A DNA stretch of 64,000 nucleotides from Octopus bimaculoides. Taxonomy: Eukaryota. Position numbers and translations under genes: made by a program. The notes below the pieces were generated by a model, which saw nothing but the letters and a program-made list of their open reading frames with translations, did no database searches and was not told the origin of the DNA. The stretch is taken from contig NC_068995.1 in assembly GCF_001194135.2 (NCBI RefSeq), forward strand, positions 14,812,426 through 14,876,425, in the 5' to 3' direction. This document shows, in pieces, positions 24,069-37,600 of the stretch (position 1 is the first letter of the stretch; each line of letters starts with the position of its first letter).

Positions 24069-27000
24069 CTGAAAATGAAAAGAATTATGTTAAATTTTGA
24101 ATGAAGATAAGAGGGTTACATTTAAGTATAACAACCAGGTTCTAGGCTTATTGGAAAGACAAAATGGAGTGTTGCAACATTTGCAATGTTTCTGTTTTAG
24201 GTAAAACTCAAAGGCTTTTAGCTCTTTAGCATTCGGATTATCCTGTCAAATATAAAGCTTATTTATTCACATTTTGAATTAATCCTGCATTATCTCGTAG
24301 CTTCAAGATTTCAATGATGTGGCCATTCTATTCTTTTAATCTTTTACTAATTTCAGTCATTTGACTGTAGCCATGCTGGGGCACCGCCTTAAAGGGTTTT
24401 TTAGAAATCTACCCCAGGACTTATTCTTTGTAAACCTAGTACTTATTCTATCAGTCTCTTTTGCCATACTGCTAAGTTACGGGAACATAAACACACCAAN
24501 NNNNNNNNNCATATAACAGGTGGAATATTTAGGCCAGACATAGCCACTTTAAATGCCAATGGGTTAAAGAGACAAAGCTGAGTTTATACCATCATGTTTT
24601 GAGTAGGACCCCCAGGTCATAAGTTTATTAGAAAGCCAAAATGAGGTAATAGAAGCATTCAGGTTTTGAGCAAAACTCAAAGGGTCTGTATTTATTAGAG
24701 AAACAAAATGAAATATTCATGTTTTTCACAAGGGACATTAGGAGCGTAAGTAGAATTTCCTCTAAGAATTGAAATTAATTTACTAGTACAACTTACTGAA
24801 GCCATTTTTTGCAATTTTACAAAGAATGCCTCATGAGGATTGCACCAGCCAGGTACAAAGTGCAGTAGGTAAAGTGAAAGCCAACAGTGACTTCAGTAAG
24901 GAATTCAGAGAGTTGGATTCCATCTAAGCTTATAGACATGATCTAAGCTTATGGACATGATATGGGTATGTGATGTGATGTGTATGGTCGAGGGCAGCTA
25001 TACAAAGGAATGCCTATCACTTAATGTGTTTGGAGCTTGCAGAAGTGGGAAGATATCTGATGAAGTAGTGAAAGCTGCTCTCAGAATCCTGAGCCTCAGG
25101 GAGGTGATGACAAATCACATGTAGCCATAAAAGATGAGACTGTCATGCCTGGAATGCTTTTCATCATAAGGTCTGTTTGATGAGGGCTGATCTAAGGGGT
25201 GACGGTTAAAAAGCAAAAACATTGTTTTCTTCTCTTTTGATATTAGACTAAAATGAAATTTGCCTGAATTAAATGCTTTTTGAATTATTCTCACCTGTAG
25301 GNNNNNNNNNNNNNNNNNNNNNNNNNNNNNNNNNNNNNNNNNNNNNNNNNNNNNNNNNNNNNNNNNNNNNNNNNNNNNNNNNNNNNNNNNNNNNNNNNNN
25401 NNNNNNNNNNNNNNNNNNNNNNNNNNNNNNNNNNNNNNNNNNNNNNNNNNNNNNNNNNNNNNNNNNNNNNNNNNNNNNNNNNNNNNNNNNNNNNNNNNNN
25501 NNNNNNNNNNNNNNNNNNNNNNNNNNNNNNNNNNNNNNNNNNNNNNNNNNNNNNNNNNNNNNTGGGAATCTTTCCAAAGACCCTTTCGTAATGATCAACA
25601 GTTACTTTTGTACCTAAAACAAAGTAATATTGCTCGTTAGCTTTCTGTGTCTTTTTTAAAAATTTAATTATTTATTTATTAATTTTTATAGTTCAGACTA
25701 GAGTGAGAGAAGCAATTTGCTATCAGTTCTAGTTTGGATAATTACAAAAAGAAAGAAAGAGAGAAAGAAAGAAAGAAAGAACGAAAGAAAGAACAAAAGA
25801 AAGAAAGAAAGGAAAGAAGGAAGGAAGGAAGGAAGGAAGGAAGGAAGTATCACACTATTATGCGTACCAGAAATCTTGGTCAGTGATCATAATGAATAAA
25901 GAATTCATTTGGGTTGTAAGAATTGACAACAGCATTGTATGAAATGGTAAAACAAATAAATAAATAGTAATAGTAATAACAATAATAATTTATATTTCTA
26001 ACATATGCATAGGGTCTGAAATTTAGTGGCAAAGAACGTTGACCACGGCAAGATTTGAACTCAGAATCTAAAGAGCTGGAACAAAGTCTGGCAATTTGTC
26101 TGATGTTCTAAGGATTTTACCAAACATCATCATCATCATCATCATCATTATCGTCATTATTTATCATCCATTTTCCATGCTGACATGGGTTGGACAGTTT
26201 AACAGGAGCTGGCAGGCCAACTCCACTGGGTGGTTTTGGCCCTTCAAAATGCTAACCACCTTGCAGAGTGGACTGAGTGCTTTTTATGTGCTACCAGCAC
26301 AGGTGAGGTCTGTTTTCGTATAGGTTATATGGCTGGATGCCCTTCCTAATGCTAACCACTTTACAGAATGGCTTGGGTGTTTTTTACGTGGCACCAAAAC
26401 TGGTATGGTTTGCTTTGGCACAGTTTTTACAGCTGGATGCCCTTCCAAACACAAACCACTTTACAGTATTGACTGGACCACCCAAAATAATACTTTTCTA
26501 AATTAGGCACAAGGCATTTTGTCCATCTTCAGGTTCTGAGTCCAAATTCTACTGAGGTCAACTTTGCTGTTCATCCATTTTGGAGTCAATAAAACAAGTA
26601 CCACTTGAACATTGAGGCTGATGTAATCAACTTCCTCAATGCCCTCAAAAATTGCTGGCCTTGTGCCAAAATAAGAAATGATTATTATTATCATTATTAT
26701 TGAGTGAAAGAGCAGTGCATGCCATCAAAATGACACTTGGGTAAAATATACAAAGCCCAGTGTACCCATCATGACTACCCATCTGATAAGGGTACACCAG
26801 GCACATGCATCAACAACCACATGTGTGTGACATGGTGATCTCATATCAAGATAAACTGCACATGACCTTGCAGGTGAGGGGGCCCAGTTAGAATTTTCTT
26901 CAGGTCGAGTAGCCCATTCTGCTCAAAAGGTCCCTGAATAAGGGTTGTTTAAGGATGTTGAACAAAACACCCATGTTTTCAGATGTGAATTATTCAAACC

Positions 27001-27238
27001 CCAAAGAATTCCTCTCAACACATGGCAATGATGCTCCCCCACTACTTCTGCTCATGATCAGAGATGCACATATCGTCAGCCATCAAGGGACATGCCCAAC
27101 TGGTTAAGGTCAAGCAACTGACAAGCAAATATGTGGTACTAAGCAGAATATTTTCTGTAGCCCATCTTTTATACCAAGACAAAACAATATACATGACAAC
27201 ACTTCCAATCAGTTAAGATCAGAAGTCATGAAAGCCAC

Positions 27239-27289
<51 letters not shown>

Positions 27290-27899
27290 GGTGGTGAGCT
27301 GGCAGAATTGTTAGCACGCTGGATGAAATGCTTAGTGTCCTGAGTTCAAATTCTGCAGATGTCGACTTTGCCTTCCATCCTTTCAGGGTCAATAAATTAA
27401 GTACCAGTTGCATACTGGGGTCCATGTAATCAACTGTCCTCCTCACCCGCCCAAACTTCAGGCCTCGTGCCTATAGTAGAAAGGATTAGTATTATTATCA
27501 TTATTATTACTAAGGTGACGGGCTTGCAGAAACGTTAGCATACTGAATGGAAAACGGACGTTAAACGATGATGATGATGATGATGATGATTTAAAATTAA
27601 TTAAAAGAAACACAGAGCATCTCAACAGAAATATGGTAACAAAAGGGTTAACATCCGTTTTCCATGTTGTCATGGGTTGAATGGTTTGACTAGAGTTGGC
27701 CAGCCGGAGAGCTGCACCAGGCTCCGGCTGTCTGCTTTGGCATGGTTTCTATGGCTGGATTCCTTTCACAACACCAACCACTTGTACCAGAATGTACCAG
27801 GTTCTTTTTACATGGCACCAGCACAGGTGCTTTTGAGAGACAGTGACATGGGTGCTTTTACGTGGCACCATCCCAGGTGCTTTTATGTGGCACTGGTGG

Positions 27900-27943
<44 letters not shown>

Positions 27944-27995
27944 CAGTAGTAGTGGTAGTGGTGGTGGTGGTGGTGGCAGCAGCAGCAGCAGTAGC

Positions 27996-28041
<46 letters not shown>

Positions 28042-28810
28042 CCTGAATTAGCTCTGAACAACAGATAATCGATCCTTTTGCCATCTGGAAATTTCAGTTT
28101 TGTCGCAGAATCTGTGTAAGAGTTGTCAGGACATTCACAGGTATTACCTAATTTATCATCCACGATATTTTTCTGTGAAAGATAAAAAAATAAAATAAAC
28201 ATAAACAACATTACAACATATAATATTGGTTTCAAATCTTGGCCATCAAGGCCATCAAAAGTCAGGGAGGAACAGGTCAATTGCATCAATCCCAGAGCTC
28301 AACAGGTACTTTGATCGGCCCGAGGTTATATTAAAAGACACTTGCCCAAGATGCCACGCAGTGGGACTGAACCTGGAACCATGTGGTTGGTAAGCTAGCT
28401 ACTTACCACACAGCCACTCCTGTACCTATGAAATGTAAACCTTGTATCTTTATTATCACATTACAACACCTGATTTTCCAATTTTCCCTAGCATATCAAC
28501 ACTTCAAAATCATAAAGCCATTAATACATTTTCATCTATTTCTAGATTGTTTTGGAAAATATTCAACTCAATTGTATTCTCCATAATCCAGATTACATTC
28601 CCAATATGCCTAAAGCTATAAAGTGAAGTTTTCTGAAATTGAACAAAGACGCAGGAGTGGCTGTGTGGTAAGTAGCTTGCTTACCAACCACATGGTTCTG
28701 GGTTCAGTCCCACTGCGTGGCACTTTGGGCAAGTGTCTTCTACTAGAGCCTCAGGCCAACCAAAGCCTTGTGAGTGGATTTGGTAGACGGAAACTGAAAG
28801 AAGCCCGTCG

Positions 28811-28841
<31 letters not shown>

Positions 28842-29711
28842 GTTTGTGTGTCTGTGTTTTTCCCCCCAACATCGCTTGACAACCGATGCTGGTGTGTTTA
28901 CGTCCCCGTAACTTAGTGGTTCAGCAAAAGAGACCAATAGAATAAGTACTAGGCTTACAAAGAATAAGTCCTGGGGTTGATATGCTCGACTAAAGGCCGT
29001 GCTCCAGCATGGCCGCAGTCAAATGACTGAAACAAGTAAAAGAGTAAAAGAGGGGTTTTCTGACTCTGTATTTTTTTTTCATTATTATCTAATTTATTTT
29101 TGGATGCCTTCTTCTATTCCATTTCCTATCTAGAAGTGAGTTCCATGAATATGGGTAGTATAGTTCACAAGAAAAAACAGACAGTGCTATGGCTTTACAG
29201 TCTTGAAGAGCAGTTTATGTTTTCACTTGGCTTGACAAGTCTTCTCAAGCACAGCATATTGCCAAAGGTCTCTGTCGATTACCATTGCCTCCGTGAGGCC
29301 CCATGTTCAAAGGGTGGTTTTTACATGCCACCAGCACAGGTGCCTGTTATGTGACACCAGCATTGATCACAACTATGGTTTGTACCCGTAAGTCAAAGAG
29401 TCAGCCATGTCAGATTCTGAGTCATACTGAATCACCTTGAGAACTATATTAAGGGTATGCATATCTGTGGAGTGCATATAATCATATACATATACATACA
29501 TACATACATACATACATACGATTGACCGTTGACTGAACACTATTCAATTTTTTTTCTCCGTGTTTTTCTCCTTGTCTCCGTATTCTTTCTGTTGAAGAGC
29601 GTAGCTCGAAACGTCAAAGACTTTCCGTATTCCCGAGCGTCATACTAATATATACTTTTGTTATTTACACCACCTGTCCTCGTCTGTTGTTGTTTTTTCG
29701 TATATTCTCCC

Positions 29712-29746
<35 letters not shown>

Positions 29747-31223
29747 TAGATAGATAGATAGATAGATAGATATACATACATATATGATGATGATGATGAT
29801 GATATATACACATATACATACATATATTCACACACACATATATCTATACACAAGTTTCCACATAATCGCTGTCTATCAAATTCATTGGTTGGTCTCGTGT
29901 TATACTAGATGACATTTGTCCAAGGTATCATGCATTAGTACTGACCCCAAAACCACATGGTTGCTCTGCAATCATATGGTTTTGAGGTCAGGCACACTCA
30001 TATCTAAAAAAACAGCAACAAAAAATAGAAGAAAAAGAAGAAAAAAACGATGCCAAGAAGTAAATTTTCCAAACTGTTATAAATTTCGTAATTCCAAATG
30101 GAAACACAAATTTTACTGACCTTTTTCAACCACGCATCATTTAACATGGCATTGGTAGTAAGGATTTTGTAACTGAGGGAATTTGATTCCATATTACAGT
30201 CTCCGCCAACAAAGACAACATCACATTTCTCTGAAGTCTGTTTTATAAACTGGCTAAGTTGAAATGACTGGATCAAGCGATGGGTGAAATATTCGTCATT
30301 AACATCACTATACTCTGCATGGATCTGAAACAAAATACAAAGGGATCAGACAGCATATTTATTTTAAAAAATGATTATTATAATAATTCCACGCACCAAA
30401 CCTCATGGAATCCTTTGTCGAAAGCAGTATCGGCCAACTAGCTTCCCTAGGGCTTTGACTATTCGGCATCATAAAACACCTTTGACTCTGGAAACCTTCG
30501 GTTAGTAAATTAATACGAGAAGACTTGTCAACTATCAGTGTTTTCGTAATCAATTTGAAAATCCATTGCACTGGTGATTAGCCCATTCAACTTGGCCAGC
30601 TTTACCTGTTTCCATCTATCACGACGAGGACGAGGGGTTGTACATTTTACTTCTCAAAGCCCTTGATTTCACTTGCTCCAGTAGATACTGTAAAGGCAGA
30701 CAACAACCTGTTGTCAAAGGTCACATGATACTTAACATCCAAGCACCAGTCTCATAATCTTCACTGTCCCAATAAAGCAGTTTTCTGACCATGTTCTACC
30801 CTTATGTCAATCCTAATTTCTCCATTGAATTTCTCAAATCTGGTTGTTAATGCTACCACTGCCCCTACAACTACTGGAATGGTTATTACTTTCTTCATTG
30901 CCCACATTCATGCAATTTTATCTTGTGGTTAGTTCTTCTCACTCTTTTCCTGTTCTTTATCATCCATTTATAAATCTCCAGATATGGCAATATCTATGAT
31001 CTTCATTTCCTTCATCATCTTATCAATAACAATGTCTGGTCTCTAAGCAGCAATCACTGCATCACAATGGACTGTAAAATCCCACAAGATCTTATACTCA
31101 TTATTCTCAGTGACACCTTCTAGTTTATGCTTGTACCATTTCAATGTCCTTTCAAGAACATACTTCTCACACAATCACCAATGAACATACCTGGCTATGT
31201 TATCATGTTTTCTTTTTTATTCC

Positions 31224-31277
<54 letters not shown>

Positions 31278-32748
31278 GCACTCAACAGATTAGACTGTTG
31301 GAAAAGAAAAGAATCCCAACATCGGGCTACAAGTAGCCTTAGATGCCAAGAACCCTCCTAAGTNNNNNNNNNNNNNNNNNNNNNNNNNNNNNNNNNNNNN
31401 NNNNNNNNNNNNNNNNNNNNNNNNNNNNNNNNNNNNNNNNNNNNNNNNNNNNNNNNNNNNNNNNNNNNNNNNNNNNNNNNNNNNNNNNNNNNNNNNNNNN
31501 NNNNNNNNNNNNNNNNNNNNNNNNNNNNNNNNNNNNNNNNNNNNNNNNNNNNNNNNNNNNNNNNNNNNNNNNNNNNNNNNNNNNNNNNNNNNNNNNNNNN
31601 NNNNNNNNNNNNNNNNNNNNNNNNNNNNNNNNNNNNNNNNNNNNNNNNNNNNNNNNNNNNNNNNNNNNNNNNNNNNNNNNNNNNNNNNNNNNNNNNNNNN
31701 NNNNNNNNNNNNNNNNNNNNNNNNNNNNNNNNNNNNNNNNNNNNNNNNNNNNNNNNNNNNNNNNNNNNNNNNNNNNNNNNNNNNNNNNNNNNNNNNNNNN
31801 NNNNNNNNNNNNNNNNNNNNNNNNNNNNNNNNNNNNNNNNNNNNNNNNNNNNNNNNNNNNNNNNNNNNNNNNNNNNNNNNNNNNNNNNNNNNNNNNNNNN
31901 NNNNNNNNNNNNNNNNNNNNNNNNNNNNNNNNNNNNNNNNNNNNNNNNNNNNNNNNNNNNNNNNNNNNNNNNNNNNNNNNNNNNNNNNNNNNNNNNNNNN
32001 NNNNNNNNNNNNNNNNNNNNNNNNNNNNNNNNNNNNNNNNNNNNNNNNNNNNNNNNNNNNNNNNNNNNNNNNNNNNNNNNNNNNNNNNNNNNNNNNNNNN
32101 NNNNNNNNNNNNNNNNNNNNNNNNNNNNNNNNNNNNNNNNNNNNNNNNNNNNNNNNNNNNNNNTTACATAAAGCAACATTATAAGAAATGATGATGATAA
32201 TTATTAAAGACAGGGAAGAAAATATTTGAGGACTAATAGATGTAAGTGTTTCCACTGATAAAAAATATATCTGTAAAAGAATTTTACAAATTAAGTAAAT
32301 ATAAGGACCTGGAAATTGAAATACAAAAGATTTGGCATCTTAAAGCAAGAACTGTTCCACTTATTGTAAGTACCCTAGGTATGATAAAAAAAAGGGGGGG
32401 ATGTCAGAAACATCTAGAGAACATCCCAGGAGAACCATGTCTCAGAGAAATCTAAAAGATTGTGCTGACAAGTTCTGCCCACATCCTTAGAAAACCCCTA
32501 TCAATTTAAATGTGTTGTATTACATGAAGATATTTCGCTACTGCCCCTGCCACTTTCCCTCCCCAGGTTTCCAGTTATACTGTAGCATCTCTTATCCTTC
32601 ACAAAGTCAACGTTGGTGGAATTTGAACACAGAAAGTACAGACAGACAAAATACCACCAAAGCATTTCGCCTGACATGCTAACGATTCTGCCAGCTTACT
32701 GCATTAATAATAATGATGATGATGATGATGATGATGATGATGCTGATG

Positions 32749-32812
<64 letters not shown>

Positions 32813-33991
32813 TAATAATAATAAATGTCCTTATACAGTACCAGGCAGTGGCTCTCATGGCAGTCGATATTAACTGGTTGGAAGTGTTATCATGTACATT
32901 GTTTTGCCTTGGTATAAAAGATGGGCTTCAGCAAATATTCTGCTCAATACCACAGATTTGCTTGTCAGTTGTTTGACCTTAACCAGTTGAGTATGTCCCT
33001 TAGTGGCTGACGATATGTGCATCTCTGATCACGAGCAGAAGTAGTTGGGGAGCATCATAGCCATGTGTTGAGAGGAATTCTTTGGGGTTTGAATAATTCA
33101 CATTTGGAAACATAGGTGTTTTGCTCAACATCCTTAAACAAACCTTATTCAGGGACTTTTGAGCAGGATGGGCTACTTGACCTGAAGAAAATTCTAACTG
33201 GGCCCCACTTGCGAGGTTGTGCGCCGTTTATCTTGATATGAGGTTACCATGTCATGCACATATGGTTGTGACGCATGTGCCTGGTGTACCATCATCATCG
33301 CCACCACCACCACCACCATCATCATCATCACTGACAACAACAGCACCAACAATGATAGCCTCTAATTTTGACTCGGCTCATGGCCAGTAATTTTAAAGAG
33401 AGCGAGGGGGTTAGTCAACACCAACAAGCCCAGTACTTGACATTTATATCATTTGATTGACTCTGATAAGATGAATGGCAAAGTTGGTATCAGTAGGATT
33501 TGAACTCTTTGCCTGGAGTCACAATCTGGACCCAGGCATATTGCATTATCTTTGGTACACTACTTGTAAACCATCTGGCCTATCCCATTCTCCCTTATCC
33601 AATATATATAGTACTTTGTGGTGATCCTTAATTCAACATTATCATGTTTTATTTTATATTTGATGGAAAGTATTGTCAGATGCATGCATTCGTGTGTGTG
33701 GAGTGGATTCTGTGAAAGATGTGAATCTTATTTAAACCATTTCTATTCAACGGAAGCTGTAAAGTGATGTACAGTTTGAATCTAATGCATGCAGACGACC
33801 TACTACATAAAAAAAAAGTAACAACATCGGCACCAGCATATACCAGTGTGGTAAGGAACTTGCTTCCAAACCTCATGGTTCCAGGTTCAGTCCCACTGTG
33901 TGACACCTTGGGCATGTGTCTTCTACTATAGCCTTGGGTCAACCAAAGCCCATGTGAGTGGATTTGGCAGACAGAAACTGAAAGAAGCCTG

Positions 33992-34035
<44 letters not shown>

Positions 34036-35882
34036 ATGTGTGTGTGTGTGCATATGTCTTTGTGTCCATGTCTGTTCCACACCACTGCTTGATAAATGGC
34101 GCTGGTGTGTTTACGTCCCTGTAATTTAGAGTCTGTTAGAACAAGTGCCAGGCTTAAATGAAAGGAAAATAAGTCCTGGGGTCGATTCATTTGACTAAAA
34201 ATTCTTCAAGGCAGTGCCCCAGCATGGCCACAGTCTGTGACTGAAACAAGTAAAAGATAAAAGATACTGTGATCCTTCTACATGGAATTAGTAAGGAAAT
34301 GGTATATATACTTTAATGGAAGAAGCAGAATCTAACAATACTTTCCATCAAATATGAAATAAAGCAAGATATGTATCAAGGATAATGCAACATGACAGAG
34401 TCCAGACTGAGATTCCAGGCAAAGGGTCAATTATTATGGTGAGAGCATAAACTGGGTCTTAGAGTAAGTGTGTCAAAGATAAGGCAGCATAATAGGGCCC
34501 TACTCGATCTATAGCAAAAGTAGGTATGATAACACGGAGATACGACAAATGCAGAACCAGATATCATCAGTGGTGAGAAACTACAGACCCAAATAGGCTA
34601 TCAAATGAACAGAAATATATCATAAATGCAGGCTTTGCAGTGAGGTCAAGAAGGTTTGGGGTTCAGTTTCTGTTGTGTGGAACCTTAGGTAAGTGCCTTC
34701 TACTATATCCACAGGCTGGCCAAAACCTCATGAGTGGATTTGGTGGATAGAAACTGAAAGAAGTCTGTCATATATGCGTGTGTGTATGCATACACACACA
34801 CACATATATATAAAGATACACTGGCAAAACACTGCTCCTCTAAATGGAAACCTTACCTGTCATTGTGGTTTTGTGATACAAAGCAAAACAGGCCTTGCCA
34901 TTCACTCAAGAAAACACATAGTGAATGATCCACAAGCACTCAAGCAAACTGAGTCCTCAACTTGTTCCATTTGCCCAACGATTTGCAAGGCACCAGCAGG
35001 CCTCAAGAGATACATTTGTGTCCATAGTACATGATTAATGCTTTATTTTATTCAACCCTCGTTTGTCATTCATGATAAGAGAATCCATCATCGTATATAT
35101 ATACAACAGCTTAATAATGACAAAGTTGTTTTATTAAATTCTTTATTGTTTTCAAAATTAATTGAAACAAGAGCAATGTATTTGAACTAAAATCTAGCAA
35201 CAAAAGTGTCAACACCACCATTTTATACCTTGAATCTTTTGGCAAAACCCAATCCATTACAAGCATTCAGACAGGTCTTTGGTTGAGGATATCTTCCTCC
35301 TTCCAGATACGGTCCACTACAGTGGTCCTCAACTGGGGTCCATATATATTTTTGTTAAAATTTATCAGCAATAAATTGGTTATGCTTCTACAGTACACAA
35401 AATATTTTTAAAATTATTTTTATATAATTCCTTATAATATTTAATCATAAATATAATAGGTTTTTTTCTTTAAACATCAAATGGCTGGGGAGTGGGGTTC
35501 ATCTGAGTAAAACAGGAATTAAGGACTCATAGGTAAGAGATAGTTGGGAAACATGGGTCTGACTAGATGGTCAAGTCACTTGGTTTAACACCATCACTTC
35601 CAGATGAGTATAGCTTTCTCCTTCCCTCCTACAAGACCCATAAAAGGACCATGGTCACTACCTTCCCTCCACATCAAACAACAAAAACAAAACAACTTCC
35701 TTACCTGTGAAAATAGTGGGAATGTGGTAATTTATTTGAAATCACTGATTTTAAATGTTCAAAGTCAGATATGCACCAAATCTACAAGAAACAAACATTG
35801 TTAAATGAGAATTCATTGAAAGAATTGTCAGAAATTGAAAGAAAGATTAGAAAATATTTCTTTATTTGGACAAAAAACGATT

Positions 35883-35942
<60 letters not shown>

Positions 35943-36015
35943 CAGCAGCAGTAGTAGCAGCAGTAGCAGCAGCAGGTGCAGTAGTAGTAGCAGCAGCAGC
36001 AGCAGCGGTGGCAGC

Positions 36016-36057
<42 letters not shown>

Positions 36058-37566
36058 TGTTGTTGTTGTTCAAACTAATTTTTTCTCATGGAGGGAGAGC
36101 CATGAGGATTGAAAAATAGGAAGACAAACTACCGTGTTTAACTCTTTTGCATTTGAAACAGCCATATCCAGCCTAAAATATTCTAGATCCAGCCTCTCAC
36201 ACTTACTCTACAATGTCATTCTAAAAATAAACTATCTGATCATTGAAAACTCAAAGCAGTGTTGTGACGCATGGTTGATTCAAGACAATGTGAATAAATA
36301 AGCTTTACACTTGACAGAATAATCTGAAGGCAAAAGGGTTAAAGTCACTAAAATAAAATTCAAAGTCGTTTATTTGATTGGAAATACATTTCTAATGTGT
36401 TCATGATGTCATAGTGAGAATCTGATCCTCTGAAGGATCTCTGGAATAACATTCCTTGGTGGGGGTGCATAGCTCAAAAATCAATTTCTTTGTGTCTGAA
36501 GATGGTAAGGAAGAATGGCCTTCACTCAAGCGGTTATGTAAACCAATCTTTAATACTGTTGGGCTTTTCCTCCTGCCTGCACTTAGTAATTTTAAAGTGA
36601 GGATCAGTTCATGTAATCCGATCGCACTCTTTAGACCCAAAGCTTTTGGGTATGACTTCAAACTACATCTAGTAGTGGGGCTCAGGTCCATGAGTTCCAG
36701 GGATTTGAGGTGCGTGGATCTACATCTTAGCCACTATTTCCCCCAGATCTACATTGACCTGAAATAGTAGTACCTGTCAGAGTCCTAGCTATGGGCTAAT
36801 AAGCATAAAGACACAATATGGCTCCCATCTAAATATCACATTGCATGAACACAAAATTCGATTTGGCCTGTTAGTAATAGCAGCCAAATAACCTTCAAAT
36901 CACATTCTACTCTATTACACTATGTAATATGATTTTTATCTTTGGGTGGTAGCAACTGTAATTTCCTATTTGCTTACCCCTAGAAAGTATAAAAAGAGGC
37001 TAATATCTTCTTCAAACCTTTCTTTTGTTACATTTATTCAAAGCACCAAAGAATCCCTCTTAACACATGGCTATGGTACTCTCCAACTGCTCCTGTTCAT
37101 GATCAGAGATGCACATGTTGTCAGCCACTAAGAAACATGTTCAAGTGGTTAAGGTCAAGCAACTGACAAACAAATCTGTGGTATTGAGCAGAATATTTGC
37201 TACGACAATATTTCTGCTTCAAAAACTCAACACTGAATTTGTCTGAAGTGTAACAGAAAATAGGTCAGTTTCAAAACACTGATGTCCAGTGCACAAAAGC
37301 AAAGCAAAGTTTGAAGGGAATCGTAGTCATCTCCTTCAATTTCTAAATAGAAGCAAATAGGAAATAACACTTATTGATCAAAGACAAAAAAATTTGTGAC
37401 ATAGTGTCATCAAAGAAGAGAAACATTGGATAAAGTGGTCCATGGGGCAACTTTTCTGGAGAAAGAATGGGTTGATGACAACCAAAACACTTTTTATTAT
37501 AGGTCTTCTTCATTGGGGATGATACGAGGTTAAACAAGAACAACTCTACCACCACTACCACCACCA

Positions 37567-37600
<34 letters not shown>

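Noticed and set aside
25057-25073. CTGATGA-AGTAGT-GAAA hammerhead-like core
   Set aside because: No stem II or stem I can form, and it lies in a decayed RTE coding fragment (DEVVK).
28648-28725. tRNA-like sequences (also 4582, 20092, 38369, 49050)
   Set aside because: These are SINE heads. A complete cloverleaf is not formed and each is fused to a repeat body.
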